DNA of 64,000 bases from Amoebidium appalachense (taxonomy: Eukaryota > Protista > Ichthyosporea), in contig CAVNZM010000001.1 of NCBI GenBank assembly GCA_963693365.1, positions 8,386,907-8,450,906 of the forward strand, in the 5' to 3' direction. The notes under the pieces were generated by a model, which did no database searches, was not told where the DNA came from, and saw only the letters and a program-made list of their open reading frames with translations. Both the position numbers and the translations under genes were made by a program. Below are positions 1 through 17,667 of this stretch, in pieces (the stretch's first letter is position 1; each line of letters opens with the position of its first letter).

Positions 1-190
1 GAATATGTTACAGAGTACTATGTATACATTCACCACGGCTAACACAAAGCAGGTTCACCTCCCCCCCCCCTTCCCCCCCCCCCCCCCTCCCCCAATCCCC
101 CCTTAAAAAAAAGAAAGAAAAAGAAAAAAGAAAAACTCTGTATGCGTCATAAATAGAGCCCTTCCTCCGGGCGGGTCCAAGTCCCCAGAG
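1..190 (-). mobile_element. Truncated, diverged copy of the ~400-bp SINE-like element in an NAE1 intron
   Basis: 1-53 aligns without gaps to 6236-6288 at roughly 60-65% identity. 140-186 (tatgcgtcataaatagagcccttcctccgggcgggtccaagtc) matches 6339-6381. A poly-C/A-rich tract lies between the two blocks. Confidence 0.65.
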
Positions 191-237
191 CTAAGAGAAG
201 GAGGAGGGGGGGAGGGGGGGAGGGGGGTTGAACATGC

Positions 238-1387
238 CTGTGTGCAGGGGGGCCTGCAGGCGCAGGTAGCCAATCATGCCGTAGGACTGGGCCAGCAGCA
301 AGGGCACATTGGCTCTGGCAAGCAGCCCCGCAAGCTCATGCAGGGTACTGCGGGCTGTCAGTATACACACATATCTGCTCTTACACACAGAGAGAGAGAG
401 AGAGAAACAGGAACACACGCGGGCAGGCACGCACACACACACGCATGCAGAAACACACACACAAACACACCAGACAGACAGACAGACAGACGACAGAAGA
501 CAGACAGACAGATAGACGCACACACAGACACGAACAAAAACACACACAAGTACACACACATAACCAACAGTCTTTAGCCCTCCGACCCTCACCTCTTCAC
601 CCCCTCCCCATCCACACCCACCCGCCCACCGACCCCCAATTCAAACATACAAGATCCTCACAACCTTTCCTTCACACCAACCCCCATACTCCCAAGTATC
701 CCCCCCCCCCCCCACCACCACCACCACCACCACCACCACCACCACGACCCCCCCACAACCCACCCCAACCCAGTCCTCCCTCCCCCTCCTCTCCCCCCCC
801 CCCACCCCCCTCCTCAAGCCAGCCTCAACCCACCCTGCTCCCCTCCCACCCCCAGCCCAACCCTCCCTCCCCTCTCTCCTCCCTCCCTTCTCCCCTCCCT
901 CCTTCCCCCCTCCCCCCTCAGCCACACACACACCTTTGTGCCAGGTCAGATGCCACGACCAGGGTGAAACCAGTAAAGAACTTTGGCCTGGTGCGCAGCA
1001 GATCCTCGGGATGCTGCCACCCAGCCAGGCAATACACACACACACACACACACACGCCAAGATGAGGGGATTGCACTGCCTTTTCTCTCGCCGTTGTCTT
1101 TCTCTCTCTCTATTTTCCGTAAGCACCGTTTTCTTTGTTTGTTTCCTTTTTCTTTTGGATGGCGGGGAAGGGGGAGGGGGATGAGTTGCAGGCGTCGGGG
1201 GGGAGGGGGGAGGAGAGGGATTCAGGCAAAAAGAGGGGGGGTGGGGGGTGGGGGGGGTGGACAGTGAGGATAGGTTGTGAACAAATGGAATGGGGAGGGA
1301 GCGGGGGAGAGGAGGAGGAAGACGAGGGAGGGGGAGGGGGGGGGGGGGGGGGAGGAAGGGGGTATGTGGGGGTGTTCTTTTTCTTTT

Positions 1388-1436
<49 letters not shown>

Positions 1437-2918
1437 TAAAACCTCGTTTACGTAGTTGCCCTTAACGTCAGGGTTAAGCTCCTGCAGTAGCCCAGTCACA
1501 GACTCTGCCCGTGGCCGCCCAATGCAGCTCTGCAAACAATGTCAGAACCCTCCTCCCCTACAGTACTACACCTTCCGCTTTCAATTCTTTTATCAGCCTC
1601 CCCCTCCTCCCGCCCCGCCCCATCCCCCCTCCCCCTTCTACCGCCCTCCCTCCCAGACGCACACGCACAACCTATCACACCGTGACCCGATCCGAAGCCT
1701 CCCCCTTTCCCTTTAAAATTACCTTTCCCCCCCCCCCCCCTTAAGTTATCTTTCCTCCCCTTCTCCCCTTCCATCCCCCCCCCTCGCCCCCCCCCACCCC
1801 CCCACCACCACCACCACCACAACCACCACCATCACCATCACTATCACCACCATCACCCACCCCCTTCCACCCACCCACACACAAACACATTTCCTCCAAT
1901 TACACCTCTGACTCTGAAGAACGTTACCTACCTCCCTCCCCTCCCCCCTCCCCCCTTCCCCCCCAATTTCCTCCTCCTCCTCCTTCGCACAAAAACTCCT
2001 GACCCATCAGCCTCTCCTTACCCGCTCACCGCCCCTCCCCTCTTTCCAATGCCCCCTCTTACCTCCTCCCCCCGTCCCCCCCCCCCCCCCCCCCCCCCCC
2101 CCTCGCCCTCCTCCTCCCCCCCCCAAACTCCCACCACCACCACCACCACCACCACCCCCCTCCCCCCCCCCACCCCCCACACACACACACATACCCACAC
2201 GCATTAAATCCCGTGAAACGTCCTCCTACATCCCAACACGAAATCACCTGCTCTCTATCTCGCTGATACATAACCTTGCCCCCCCCCCTCCCCCCCCCCC
2301 CTCCCTTCCCCTCTCCCCCCACTCCACCCACCCACCCCCCTCTTGGGGCAATCTGCCACTTACATACGCTCCCTCACACATCACACCCTTCCCTCCCCAC
2401 TCCTCCCCTGCCGCCAACCAAACTCTCTCTCCATTCTGCCCCTACCTCCTCCAGGAAGAAGTTGCATCCAGCATCACTGCCCGACACGTTGTGGCCATCC
2501 ACTACCGTAAAGGTCCCAATCCCTGCACCCCACAACAGTAAGCAACCCTGCCTCCCCACCCCTCCCCTCCCCAACCCCCCCAACCCCCCCACCCACCCAC
2601 CCCTACCCTTTCCCTCCACCCCTGCCCCTCATCGCTGTTCTGCACAGAGGTAGGCACAGGTGAGGGGAGATGTGAAAGAATGGAGAAACAGAGAACACAT
2701 GGACATGGATGAAAACAGCACCTGGCAGGATGAGGTTCTTGAGCAGTTCAGTGCCTGTGGCTGTGCCGTTGATGAGACAAACCGCTGCATCCTGCAGAGC
2801 CTGCTGCCCATGCTCTCCCCACAGCCTGTCACCCACATCGATTAGCACAGTTTCTTTCTCTTCTCCGCCCCCCCTTCCCCCACCAACCTCCTTCCTTCCC
2901 TTTCCCCTCCTCCCCCCT

Positions 2919-2949
<31 letters not shown>

Positions 2950-3017
2950 AGCTCACCCCGCTGGCCCGGAACTCACCGAAGTTGACGATCGTACTTCTGA
3001 ACGTTCACGGTACTCAT
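238..3017 (-). CDS. NAE1: NEDD8-activating enzyme E1 regulatory subunit (APPBP1), 5' part; continues beyond the left edge
   Basis: Exons 3017-2977, 2825-2722, 2522-2446, 1529-1443, 1013-934 and 347-238 splice in frame to [58 protein letters not shown]...[10 protein letters not shown]...[11 protein letters not shown]. KYDRQLRLWGxxGQ and ExLKNLxLPGIG are characteristic of NAE1/Ula1. The last visible donor appears to be GC. Confidence 0.93.
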
Positions 3018-4768
3018 GTTGTTGGGACACAGTGGTGACCGCTCGGTCGTATGGTAGTCTGCATGTGTGGTGTCAATATTACTCATCAAACATCCCTGCA
3101 CAAAAATCTAGAAGGCAAGGGAGCTAGGGGCAGTTGACAGCACACGTTTTGTGTTCCAGCCTCTTCCTTCCAAATGTGTGTGTCACACAGATGGGGCTTA
3201 AATGGCATGTGCGTGCGTGTGTAGTTAAATGGGTGTTTGGCGCCCTTTTTGTGTGTAGAAGAAGTCCGTCGTACAGGTGTCTTTGCCTAGGTGTACACAA
3301 CGCTAACTGCATTCTTGTTCGTTCACCTAAAAGGCTATTGCATGTTGGGCAACCGTGAAGTTACCACAGCCCAGTTGCTCTTGGTTGTGTGCGTGCTCAA
3401 GAATGTCTGGCCATCGGAAACCTCTTTGCGTGTGTAGATTTCTTTTCCTGCCTAAGAAAAATGTGCAAAGTCTGTGCGTGCATCTCTAAGAGTAGGTGTT
3501 TCATCCCATCCACATCATGAGAAAGAACTCTGGGTGTGTTGCGGCTGCAGAAACCCTTCTGTCTTGTGTTCTAGTGCAGAGTTCTTTCCCTTGTTTCTCG
3601 GCCACACCCTCTACGCCTTTGAGCTAATGTGGTCGTTGGTGGCAGCACGCATAACCTTTATCCCAATCGTCAACAAGTGAAAGGCTTTGAAGTAGTGAGT
3701 CTCCCAAAATCATCCCTTCATTCTCACCTCCAGGCCCGGGTCTTTTGCAGACAGCAGCTTTTGTTCACGTGCGTGCCCTTATGTGCTTCCCGTATCTTGG
3801 TGCCTTTCTTCTTTGTGGCCAGGCTGAGGGATGTTACTTCTGCTACTGAGTATAAGTCTTTCACTACCATCGTTCAGTTCCTTCTTGCAAGGGGGTGCTT
3901 GGTGCTTTTTTTTGTGTTTCCACAGCTCCATTGCAAGTTCCGAAACGTCACAGACTCACAGGTCGGTTTGGCTTTTGATTGGTACGATCGTAGCTGATTA
4001 ACCTTTTATAGCTTTTTGGCGGGAACTTTTCTGATAATCTGCCTGTCCCTTGAACTCCGACCTCATCTAACCGTGGCTGTCGGCCTTTTTCGGGGAGTGT
4101 TCCCCCCCTCCCTCCCCCCCCCCCCCCCCCCCCCCCCCCCTGGGCCCCCTCTTTCCTTCTCCGGCCCCTCCTAGGCCCTCTCTGATATTTTCTAACAGCC
4201 AGGTAGCCTCGCAAACCTCTACATTTGCGCCATGATAGATAGCAGGCCATTGGCCCGCGGCCAAGCTGGGATGTACATACTGTTTCGATGATATGACACT
4301 TAGAAGTATCACTGTGCAACGTTCTTGTACGTTCATGACGTTTTGAAACTGCACCATCATAAAATGCCCTTACGGTTGTGTTCTTGCATGGGGCTGTTAA
4401 TGTGTTGACTGTCATCGTGATAAGAATCTGATAAATGTACACCACACAGGGTGAATTCTCGTTTCCCGTAACGCAACAAACACGCTCGGCACCTTCATGT
4501 TGATGCACAGTTGCAATGGGAGAGTCCAGACGGTATACAGTACTGTGGCTGCAAGTACAAATGCAGAAACATTGTCATGAAACCTCAACTACAGCTATCC
4601 TCGGCACAGTCAACTGGTCAATCAAGAATCTCTATAACTTAGCTATGCATAGAAGCATACGTTTCAGAGCATCGATCTGGACAGTGGGCACAAGCCCAAA
4701 ATCAAAGTTGAAATGAACCCATGGGTGAGGGAATACGTGAGGGACCGGCCTTTGATCTATGTCAAGAG

Positions 4769-4802
<34 letters not shown>

Positions 4803-4954
4803 CTCATTGATGCTACCTACAGACCGACGGCAGAATTTAAAACTACATAATGACTTCGTGCAGCGTACACAGTACAACCACCTACTAACAATATAATATT
4901 TTATTCAAGTATTTCATGCACAAAGTAATGCCTTTCGAATTGCCAATCATAGTG

Positions 4955-9860
<4,906 letters not shown>

Positions 9861-10634
9861 AGCCCCCTACACGACCACACGTGCGTGCATGCTCGCAGAC
9901 ACGCACACGTGACACGCGCGCTATGGCCTTATGCCTCCTTCAAGACCCTCCCCCCGACCCCTAACCTCCACTCCCTTTCCTGAGCGCTTTGAATGTGGCA
10001 GTGGTAGATCTGCTAGTGTGTTGTGTGTGTGTGTGTGTTTGTGTGTGTGTGCGCGCGCGCGTGCGTCAAGGAGGACCCGGCCGTCTTGCGCTCTGTCTGA
10101 TTCACAGTCCCTTTGCCAAGCCCTCCCCAAGTGATTCGTCGTGTTAACTGACTATAACTACAACATCTCGATGTAACCTTCAGAGTCTTATAACTTCCGA
10201 ACTGACAACTAGAGCGCTCCTGCCTGCCGCCCAGGCAGCTGCAAGTCAAGTATCGGTAACCCACTTTGTACTGCGCGCTAGCAGTATATAGTCTACACAA
10301 AGATCAGTCACTTATCCAATCTGAGAAGAGCGAAATAGAGTGAAATCACATTGTATAGTGCACTACCCAACTCATAGGTGGGTCCTTATATGTAAGGCAC
10401 GATCCGATCTGGCAACACAGGCTGGCTCACAAACAAACCGCGCGCAGATGACACACAGAAGGGCGAGCTTTGGGTTGGGTTCATGGTTTTTTTTGCTGGT
10501 TGGGCACATCCCTCGTAGATTAGTGGTGGGGCAGAGGCGAAGCAGGGGCCATAAGGGCCTGCCATATAAGGCAAGGGAGTTTGGTCGTGCAAGCTTCAAA
10601 GGGTTCGCCGGGCCGGCTTGGCCAAAGGGAGAGA
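9861..10634. promoter_or_regulatory. Putative bidirectional promoter MMM1/HDAC1
   Basis: Divergent start codons ~775 bp apart. Mostly complex sequence without long homopolymers; CCAAT at 10316-10320. Confidence 0.55.
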
Positions 10635-12858
10635 ATGTCGAAGCGCCGTGTGGCCTACTTCTATGAAGGTGGGTGCAGGTGGCGGGGGGGAAAGAGGGGG
10701 AGCGGGGAGGGGGAGGGAGAAGGGGATGATAATGGAGGGGAGATTGATGGAGGGGGCTTGGAGGGAAGGAGGGGGAGGGTGGGGGTGGGGGGAGGGTGGG
10801 GGAGCTAACTGGCATACTTTTATGAATGTGGGTGCAGGTGGCCAGGGGAGGGGGGGGGGGGGGGGGGGGGGGGCGGGGAGGAGGGGGAGGTAGAAGGGGG
10901 CGGGACGCGGGGAGAGGGGGAGAGGGGCGGGGGGGAAGGGGTGGAGAAGCTAACTGGGGTGGTATTTTCCAGCGGATGTGGGCAACTACTACTACTGCCA
11001 GGGCCACCCTATGAAGCCCCACCGCATTCGCATGACACACAACCTGCTTCTGAGCTACAACCTCTACAAGAAGATGGAGCTGTTTGTACGTCCCCTGCAA
11101 TATGGCGCACACATACATACGTGAAAACGCACACACGCATGCATGCGCGGACACGCGCACGCAAGCGCCTTCTTTCGCAGGAATGCTCGTACACATCAAC
11201 TGCTCGCTGGCTTCCTTGCACCCTCACACAAACAAAACACCTCACCCACGTGCCTACACATATTTAGAACCCTCCGTACACACACACACACACACACACA
11301 CCGCCCCACCTTGGGGGAAAGAAGCATATACTCCCGCCTGTACTTTTAGGCACAAGCCCACGAGTGAACATCCTCTCATAAGGCCGTCTTGCTAAATGTC
11401 CTTTTTACACGTGTGCATGCCTCTAAACATTTGGGCACACACTTCTTTCGCTGCCAAGAGCACACAATTATACACGAACCGGAGAACGGGAAAAAGAGAA
11501 AGGGACTAGGAGGGGGGAGGGGGAGAGAGAGAATGCATGTGCACCCGGGCTACAGGGCAGGGGAGAAGCAAGGGGACGGGTCGGAATTGAGAACCTAGCC
11601 GATTGAAGAAGGAAGGAGCTGTGGGGGTGGGAGTAGGGGATGTGCGTGTTGGCCAGGCCACGGCAGCTGGTCCCTTTGGTACTGAAACTGACTGTCATCG
11701 CAGAGACCCCCTCGGGCCACGTTTGAAGAGATGACACGGTTTCACTCTGACGACTACATCAACTTCTTGCGCACCATCACCCCAGAGAACTACCAGGAGA
11801 ACAGCAAGAACATGGCAAGATGTGCGTGATGTCCGTCCTTAATGGGAGGGGGGGGGGGGGGGGGAGTTGCTGATGGGATTTGGGGTTTGCAGTTAGCGTG
11901 GGTGAGGACTGGGGCGGTGTGTGGGGGGGGAGGAGGGAGTGGGGAAAGGAGAGGGGGGGGGGGGGGGGGGAGGGGGGGCGACGGATGCTGATAAGGTGTG
12001 GGGGTTGCAGTCAACGTGGGTGAGGACTGCCCGGTGTTTGCAGGTCTCTACGAGTTCTGTGAAATCTCGGCGGGAGGTTCCATTGGTACGTACATGCCCG
12101 CCTGTGTGTGTGTGTGTGTGCGTGCGTGTGTATGTGCGTGCGTGTGCGCGTGCGTGTGCGTGCGTGTGTGCGTGCTTGTGTGTGTGTGTGTGATGGTGGT
12201 GGTGATGAGGGATCGTGGGGAGGGGGGAGGGGGAGGGGGAAAGGGGGAAGTGTGCAGTTGAGAATGTTGTATTGGTTTTGTGTCTATGTAGTGTTGGCAT
12301 TGTGTGTGTGTGTGTGTGGCGGGGGGGCATGTGGAGTTTTTTGTGTGGTGGTGTTGGGTATTGTGTGTGTGTGCGGTGGGGGGAGAGGTTTGATGGGTGG
12401 TGGTGGGGCTTATCTAATCCAGGTGTTTGCAGAAGTGCTGGTGTTGACATGTGTGTGCATGTTTAACGAGGTAGTGCTGTGTGTCCCTGTGTACATGGCA
12501 GGCAGTGTCGGGGGGCCCCCCGCAGGGGGAGGAAGGGGGGGGGGGGGGGGGAGGGATGGACGAGCAATGTCCGGGTACTCAGGTTGCGGGCTTAAAGGTC
12601 GTGTTGGTGGTGTGTGTGTTTGGGGGGGGGGGGGGGGGGGGGGGAAGGGGGAGGAAGGGAGGGGAGGGGGGTGGAGGTATGGGCTAATGTTTGTTTGGGG
12701 TGGAAAAGCTGGAGCACAGAAGCTTAACCACGGGGATGCGGACATTGCAATCAACTGGGCCGGGGGGCTGCACCACGCAAAGAAGAGCGAGGCCTCTGGT
12801 TTCTGCTATGTCAATGATATTGTGCTGGGCATCCTGGAGTTGCTCAAGTAAGAGGGAA

Positions 12859-12899
<41 letters not shown>

Positions 12900-13144
12900 G
12901 GGGAGCGAATGGTGATGTGTGTTGTTTGTGTGTGTGTGTGTCTGTAAGAGGGAAGGGGGGGGGGGGGGGACCATTTGTGTGTGGGGGAGATGGGGAGGGC
13001 GCAGGAGAGGGAGGGGGGGGGGGGGGTTATGTTTGTATAGCGTGTGTGGAGGGGGGGAGAGGGGGGGGGGGGGGGGGGAAGGTAAGGGGAACGACAGATA
13101 GTGAGTGTGCTGTGCATTTTATTTGTACGTGTGCGTGTGAGGGT

Positions 13145-13175
<31 letters not shown>

Positions 13176-13384
13176 GGGGGACATGGGGGTGATTCATTCT
13201 GTGCGGTGTGTGGTCGTCTCTGTGGTTTTAAACATGATTGTGTGTGAAAGAGAACATGAATTTGACATTTCCCTCGGAGGGGGGGAGGGGTTGCTATTTC
13301 ACGGCAGGGAAGGGGAGGAGAGGGGGGGGGGAAGAAGGACACGTAACACTGACCATTTTCTTCCTTTTCTTTTCTTCCCCCCCC

Positions 13385-13461
<77 letters not shown>

Positions 13462-13992
13462 TTTGTGTTTTCTCGTGTGTTTTGTCCACGCAGGCGGCAC
13501 CAGCGTGTGCTGTACATCGACATCGACATTCACCACGGTGACGGGGTGGAGGAGGCCTTCTACACCACCGACAGAGTCATGACCCTCTCCTTCCACAAGT
13601 ATGGCGACTACTTTCCCGGCACGGGCGACATAAGGGTATGTGTGTTCTGCTTTGCCGGGCTGAGGAGGGGGGGGGGGGGAGGGCAGGGAGCGCAAAGGGG
13701 GAAGGGAATGCAGGAGGGATGAGTGGGGGTGGGGAGGGGAAGGGGGGGGGGGGGGGGGGGGGGGACGTGGTGGTGGGGAAGAGGGAGGGAAGGAATTTTG
13801 TGGTTTGGGCGGGGGCAGGTGGGGTGCAGGGGAGGGGCTGTGTAAAAAAGTGAGTGATTCACGGGCGGTGAACCAAAAAAAAACAAAACAAGGAAATTGA
13901 AGAGCACGGGGGAAAGTACAACAAAAGACAAGCAAACACAAACAGGAGCATGCAGCATGGGTAGGATCCATGCTCTCCGGCGGCCGGGGGCT

Positions 13993-14023
<31 letters not shown>

Positions 14024-14177
14024 CTGTGGTCTGACTTGTATTGGTACAGGATGTTGGGGCTGGCAAGGGGCGGCACTATGCCCTCAACTTCCCACTGAGG
14101 GACGGCATAGGAGACGATGCATTCCTGGGCATATTTAAACCGGTAGGCAGAACACACACATGCACACGAATGCACAT

Positions 14178-14220
<43 letters not shown>

Positions 14221-14559
14221 GGCACACAGGCACACACACACGGCACACACACACAGACATTGTGTTACCCCCACCCGTTTGCCCGCCACCCCTTTCCCCT
14301 TGTAGTTATTGTTTCCGCATTTGTTGTTCCCCCCTCCCCCCTCTCCCCCCCCCCCCCTTCCTCTTCAAATGTCCATCCTCCCCCCCCCCCCCCCCCCCCC
14401 TTCCCCCCTCCTTGCCCACGCTGCACCCCCCTTCCTCCCATCCCTGCCCCTGCTTTTTTTTTTTTTTGCTCCCCGTCACTCCCTCACCCCCCCTTTTTTC
14501 TCTTATCTCGTTCTTCCCCCTCCTCCCCCTGCTCCAGTCCCCTCCCCAATATATACAAA

Positions 14560-14591
<32 letters not shown>

Positions 14592-16684
14592 CGTGCGCGC
14601 GTGTGTGTGCGTGTGCGTGTGCGTGTGCGTGTGTGTGTGTGCATATATAATGTTTATTGAGAAAGACAAAGAAAAAGAGGAAACAAAAATCCCCTTGCAA
14701 GAGGTATACTAACAGATATAGCAGATTGTGTCGCGGGTGATGGAGTGGTACCGCCCAGAGGCTGTGGTGCTGCAGTGCGGCGCAGACTCCCTGTCGGGTG
14801 ACCGCCTGGGCTGCTTCAACCTGTCTCTGAAGGGTAGGTGTACGTGTGGGGGTGGGGGTGGGTGTGGGGGTGTTTTTTTTTTTTTGGGGGGGTGGGGGGG
14901 GGGGGGGGGGGGAGGGAGGGGCGATGGGAGGGGATTCGTGCGTGTGTGGTTGGATGGATGGGTGGGTGGATGGTTGTGCGTTTGTGTGTCTGTGTGTGGT
15001 GGAGATGCGCGCACATTATGTGCAGGTGGGTGGGTGGGTGTGGTGGGTGGATGTTGCTTGCATTTTTGTGGGTGGTTGCCTCTTTGTGCAGTGTGTGGTT
15101 GTGATCCCCCCCCCCCCCCCCCCATTCCCACTCCCACTCCCACCCACCCACCCAAACCCCCTGACAATTTCCACCTTAACATTCTCTAATATTACAAATT
15201 ATGGATTGATCAATTATCGGGTTTCAACATCTACCATAGATAAAGAGAAGCAAAGTATGGCTGAGAATAAAATGTGTACCTCGCCCACTATCCCCCCCCC
15301 CCCCCCCCTCTCCCCCCTCCCCACCCCTACCCCCTCCCTCCCCTCCCCCCCCCCCTCTCTTCTTTTTTCCCCTCCTCCCCCCCCCCTCCACCTCCCCCAC
15401 CCTCCCCTTTCCCGGTACTCTCTACTTCCTACCGTACCTTGCATTGCAGGTCACAGTGGGTGTGTTGAGTTTGTCAAGTCCTTCAACGTGCCTGTGTTGA
15501 TGCTTGGGGGTGGCGGCTACACCATCAGAAACGTGGCAAGGGCATGGGCCTATGAGACTGCTATAGCCCTGGACACGGAGATACCCCTAGGTGTGTGTGT
15601 GTGTGTGTGTGTTTGTGTGTTTGTGTCTGTGTCTGTGTCTGTGTGGTTCGGTGCGTGGGTGTGTGTGTGGGAGTGTTCCTGCCTGCGTGTGTGTGTGTGT
15701 GGCGCGATGGTCTGCTGCAGCAGGGGTTATGGGTTTGGGGAAGAGGTTGGGGGGGGGAGGGGGGTAAAGGGAGGAGAGGAGGGAGGGCGCAGAGGGGTGG
15801 GAGGGGGGAGGTGGTGGTGTGATGTTTCGAGGGGTTGGTGGTGGTGGGTGTGGAGAAGAAGGGGGGTGGGGGGCTGAGGGGGTGGGGGGGGGGGGGGGGG
15901 GGGGACGATATGCATGTGTCACAACGTGTCCTCCTATTTAAGCACATACACGCAAGCATAAACATATATAGGGGTAGGGGAGGGAAAGGGGAGGGGGTGG
16001 GGGGGAGGTAGAGAGGATGAGGGGGAGGAGAAGGAGAGAAAGGGAGAGGGGGGGGGAGGGAGAGCGCAACAAGGGGGGGGGGGGGGGGAGGGGGGTGTTG
16101 GAGAGGGAGGGCGAGGGGGGGGGGGGGGGGGGGGGAGAGAAAGCCAGAGATGTGAGAAAGAGACGGATAGAGATAGAGAGAGAGAGAGAGAGAACATCCC
16201 TTAGCACCATCTTTTGGCGCACGAAGAAGGTCACAGAAAAGAGTTCTGACATTTTCCCTCCCCACTCCCCCCCTCCCCCCCCCAGAGATACCCTACAACG
16301 ACTATTTCGAATACTATGGGCCCGACTACCAACTCAACGTACCGTGCAGCAATATGGACGACCAGAACACACCAGAATACCTTGAGAGGACAAAACAGCG
16401 CCTGCTTGAAAGCCTACGCCACACACCGTTCGCGCCCTCGGTCCAACGTGTTGGTATGTTGGCGAAAATGGTGAAAGATTGAAATGGTGAAATGGTGAAA
16501 TGGTTGAAATGGGAATGAATGGGTTGGGATGGGTCGGGAAGTTAATGTTGGTGTGGGGTCGTTTGGATACTTTCTTTCTTTCTTTTTTCTTTTTTTTTGT
16601 GGGAGGCGTATGAACTTGACATCCCTGATCTATTGATCATGGGCTTCGTAGAAGTGCCTTCTGCCTGTAGAGTTGTCTGGCTTC

Positions 16685-16720
<36 letters not shown>

Positions 16721-17635
16721 AAGGGAGGAGGGAGGGAGGGAGGATTTGGGGTTTTGCAGCGTCTTTGCACCTATTTTTCACACTTTGTACTCCTTTACTC
16801 AGTCCTCCGCTGCTAGTCTTTTGTTTCAACCCCTCCCCCCCCCCCCCCCCCCTCCTTCCGCCCCGCCCGCCCTCCAGCCCGTCCGTTCGCCTGCCATGTG
16901 GGAAGCATGTGCAGTGCATGCTCTGCGTGCCTTTTCTATTTTTGGGTTTTAATGATTTTGATGGGGGTCTGACAATTGGCTGCAGTTGCGCCTGGGGACA
17001 CGTTTGATGGCAGTGAGGATGAGGAGGAGGATGACCCGGACCAGCGCCTGCCAGGTGCGTTGGTGGGGGGGGGGGGGTTGGTTTGTGCATGTGTTTGTGG
17101 ACGGGGGAGGGGGGGGGGGGGGGAGTGGGGCCGTGTGGGTGGGTGGGTGGATGGTGGGTTGAGGGGGGGAATGGGCTGTGGGTGGATGGGTTGGGGGGGG
17201 GGGGGGGGGGGGGGGGGGGAGGGGGGGGGTCTGGATTTGCCTACATGGGTGCATACAGTGTCTGTGCGTTGTGATTGAGTGGATGTGTGAGAGTTGGTAT
17301 GTTTGTTTTGGGGGGCTAGGGGAAGGGGGGGGGGGGGGGGGGGGGGGATTGAGACACTGGGGAAGCATCAAGAGCAAGAATGGTAGTTGGCTTGAAGATG
17401 ATAGGTGTCCTTGCAACAGGGCCTGGGGAAACGAAGATGGGGGAAGGTGGGGGGGGGGGGGGGGGGGGGGTTGGAATTTGTCATTGCTGACTGATAACGC
17501 GCCCCCCTCTCTCCTGCCTTTTTTTTTATTATTATTGCCCTAGCTTGGCCTGGCTTCAATCACCCCCAGGGAGACCTTTTTTAGGTCGAGAGTGTTAGAT
17601 GCAGGGTTATGGGTGGCGGTGGGGGCGGGGGTGGC

Positions 17636-17667
<32 letters not shown>

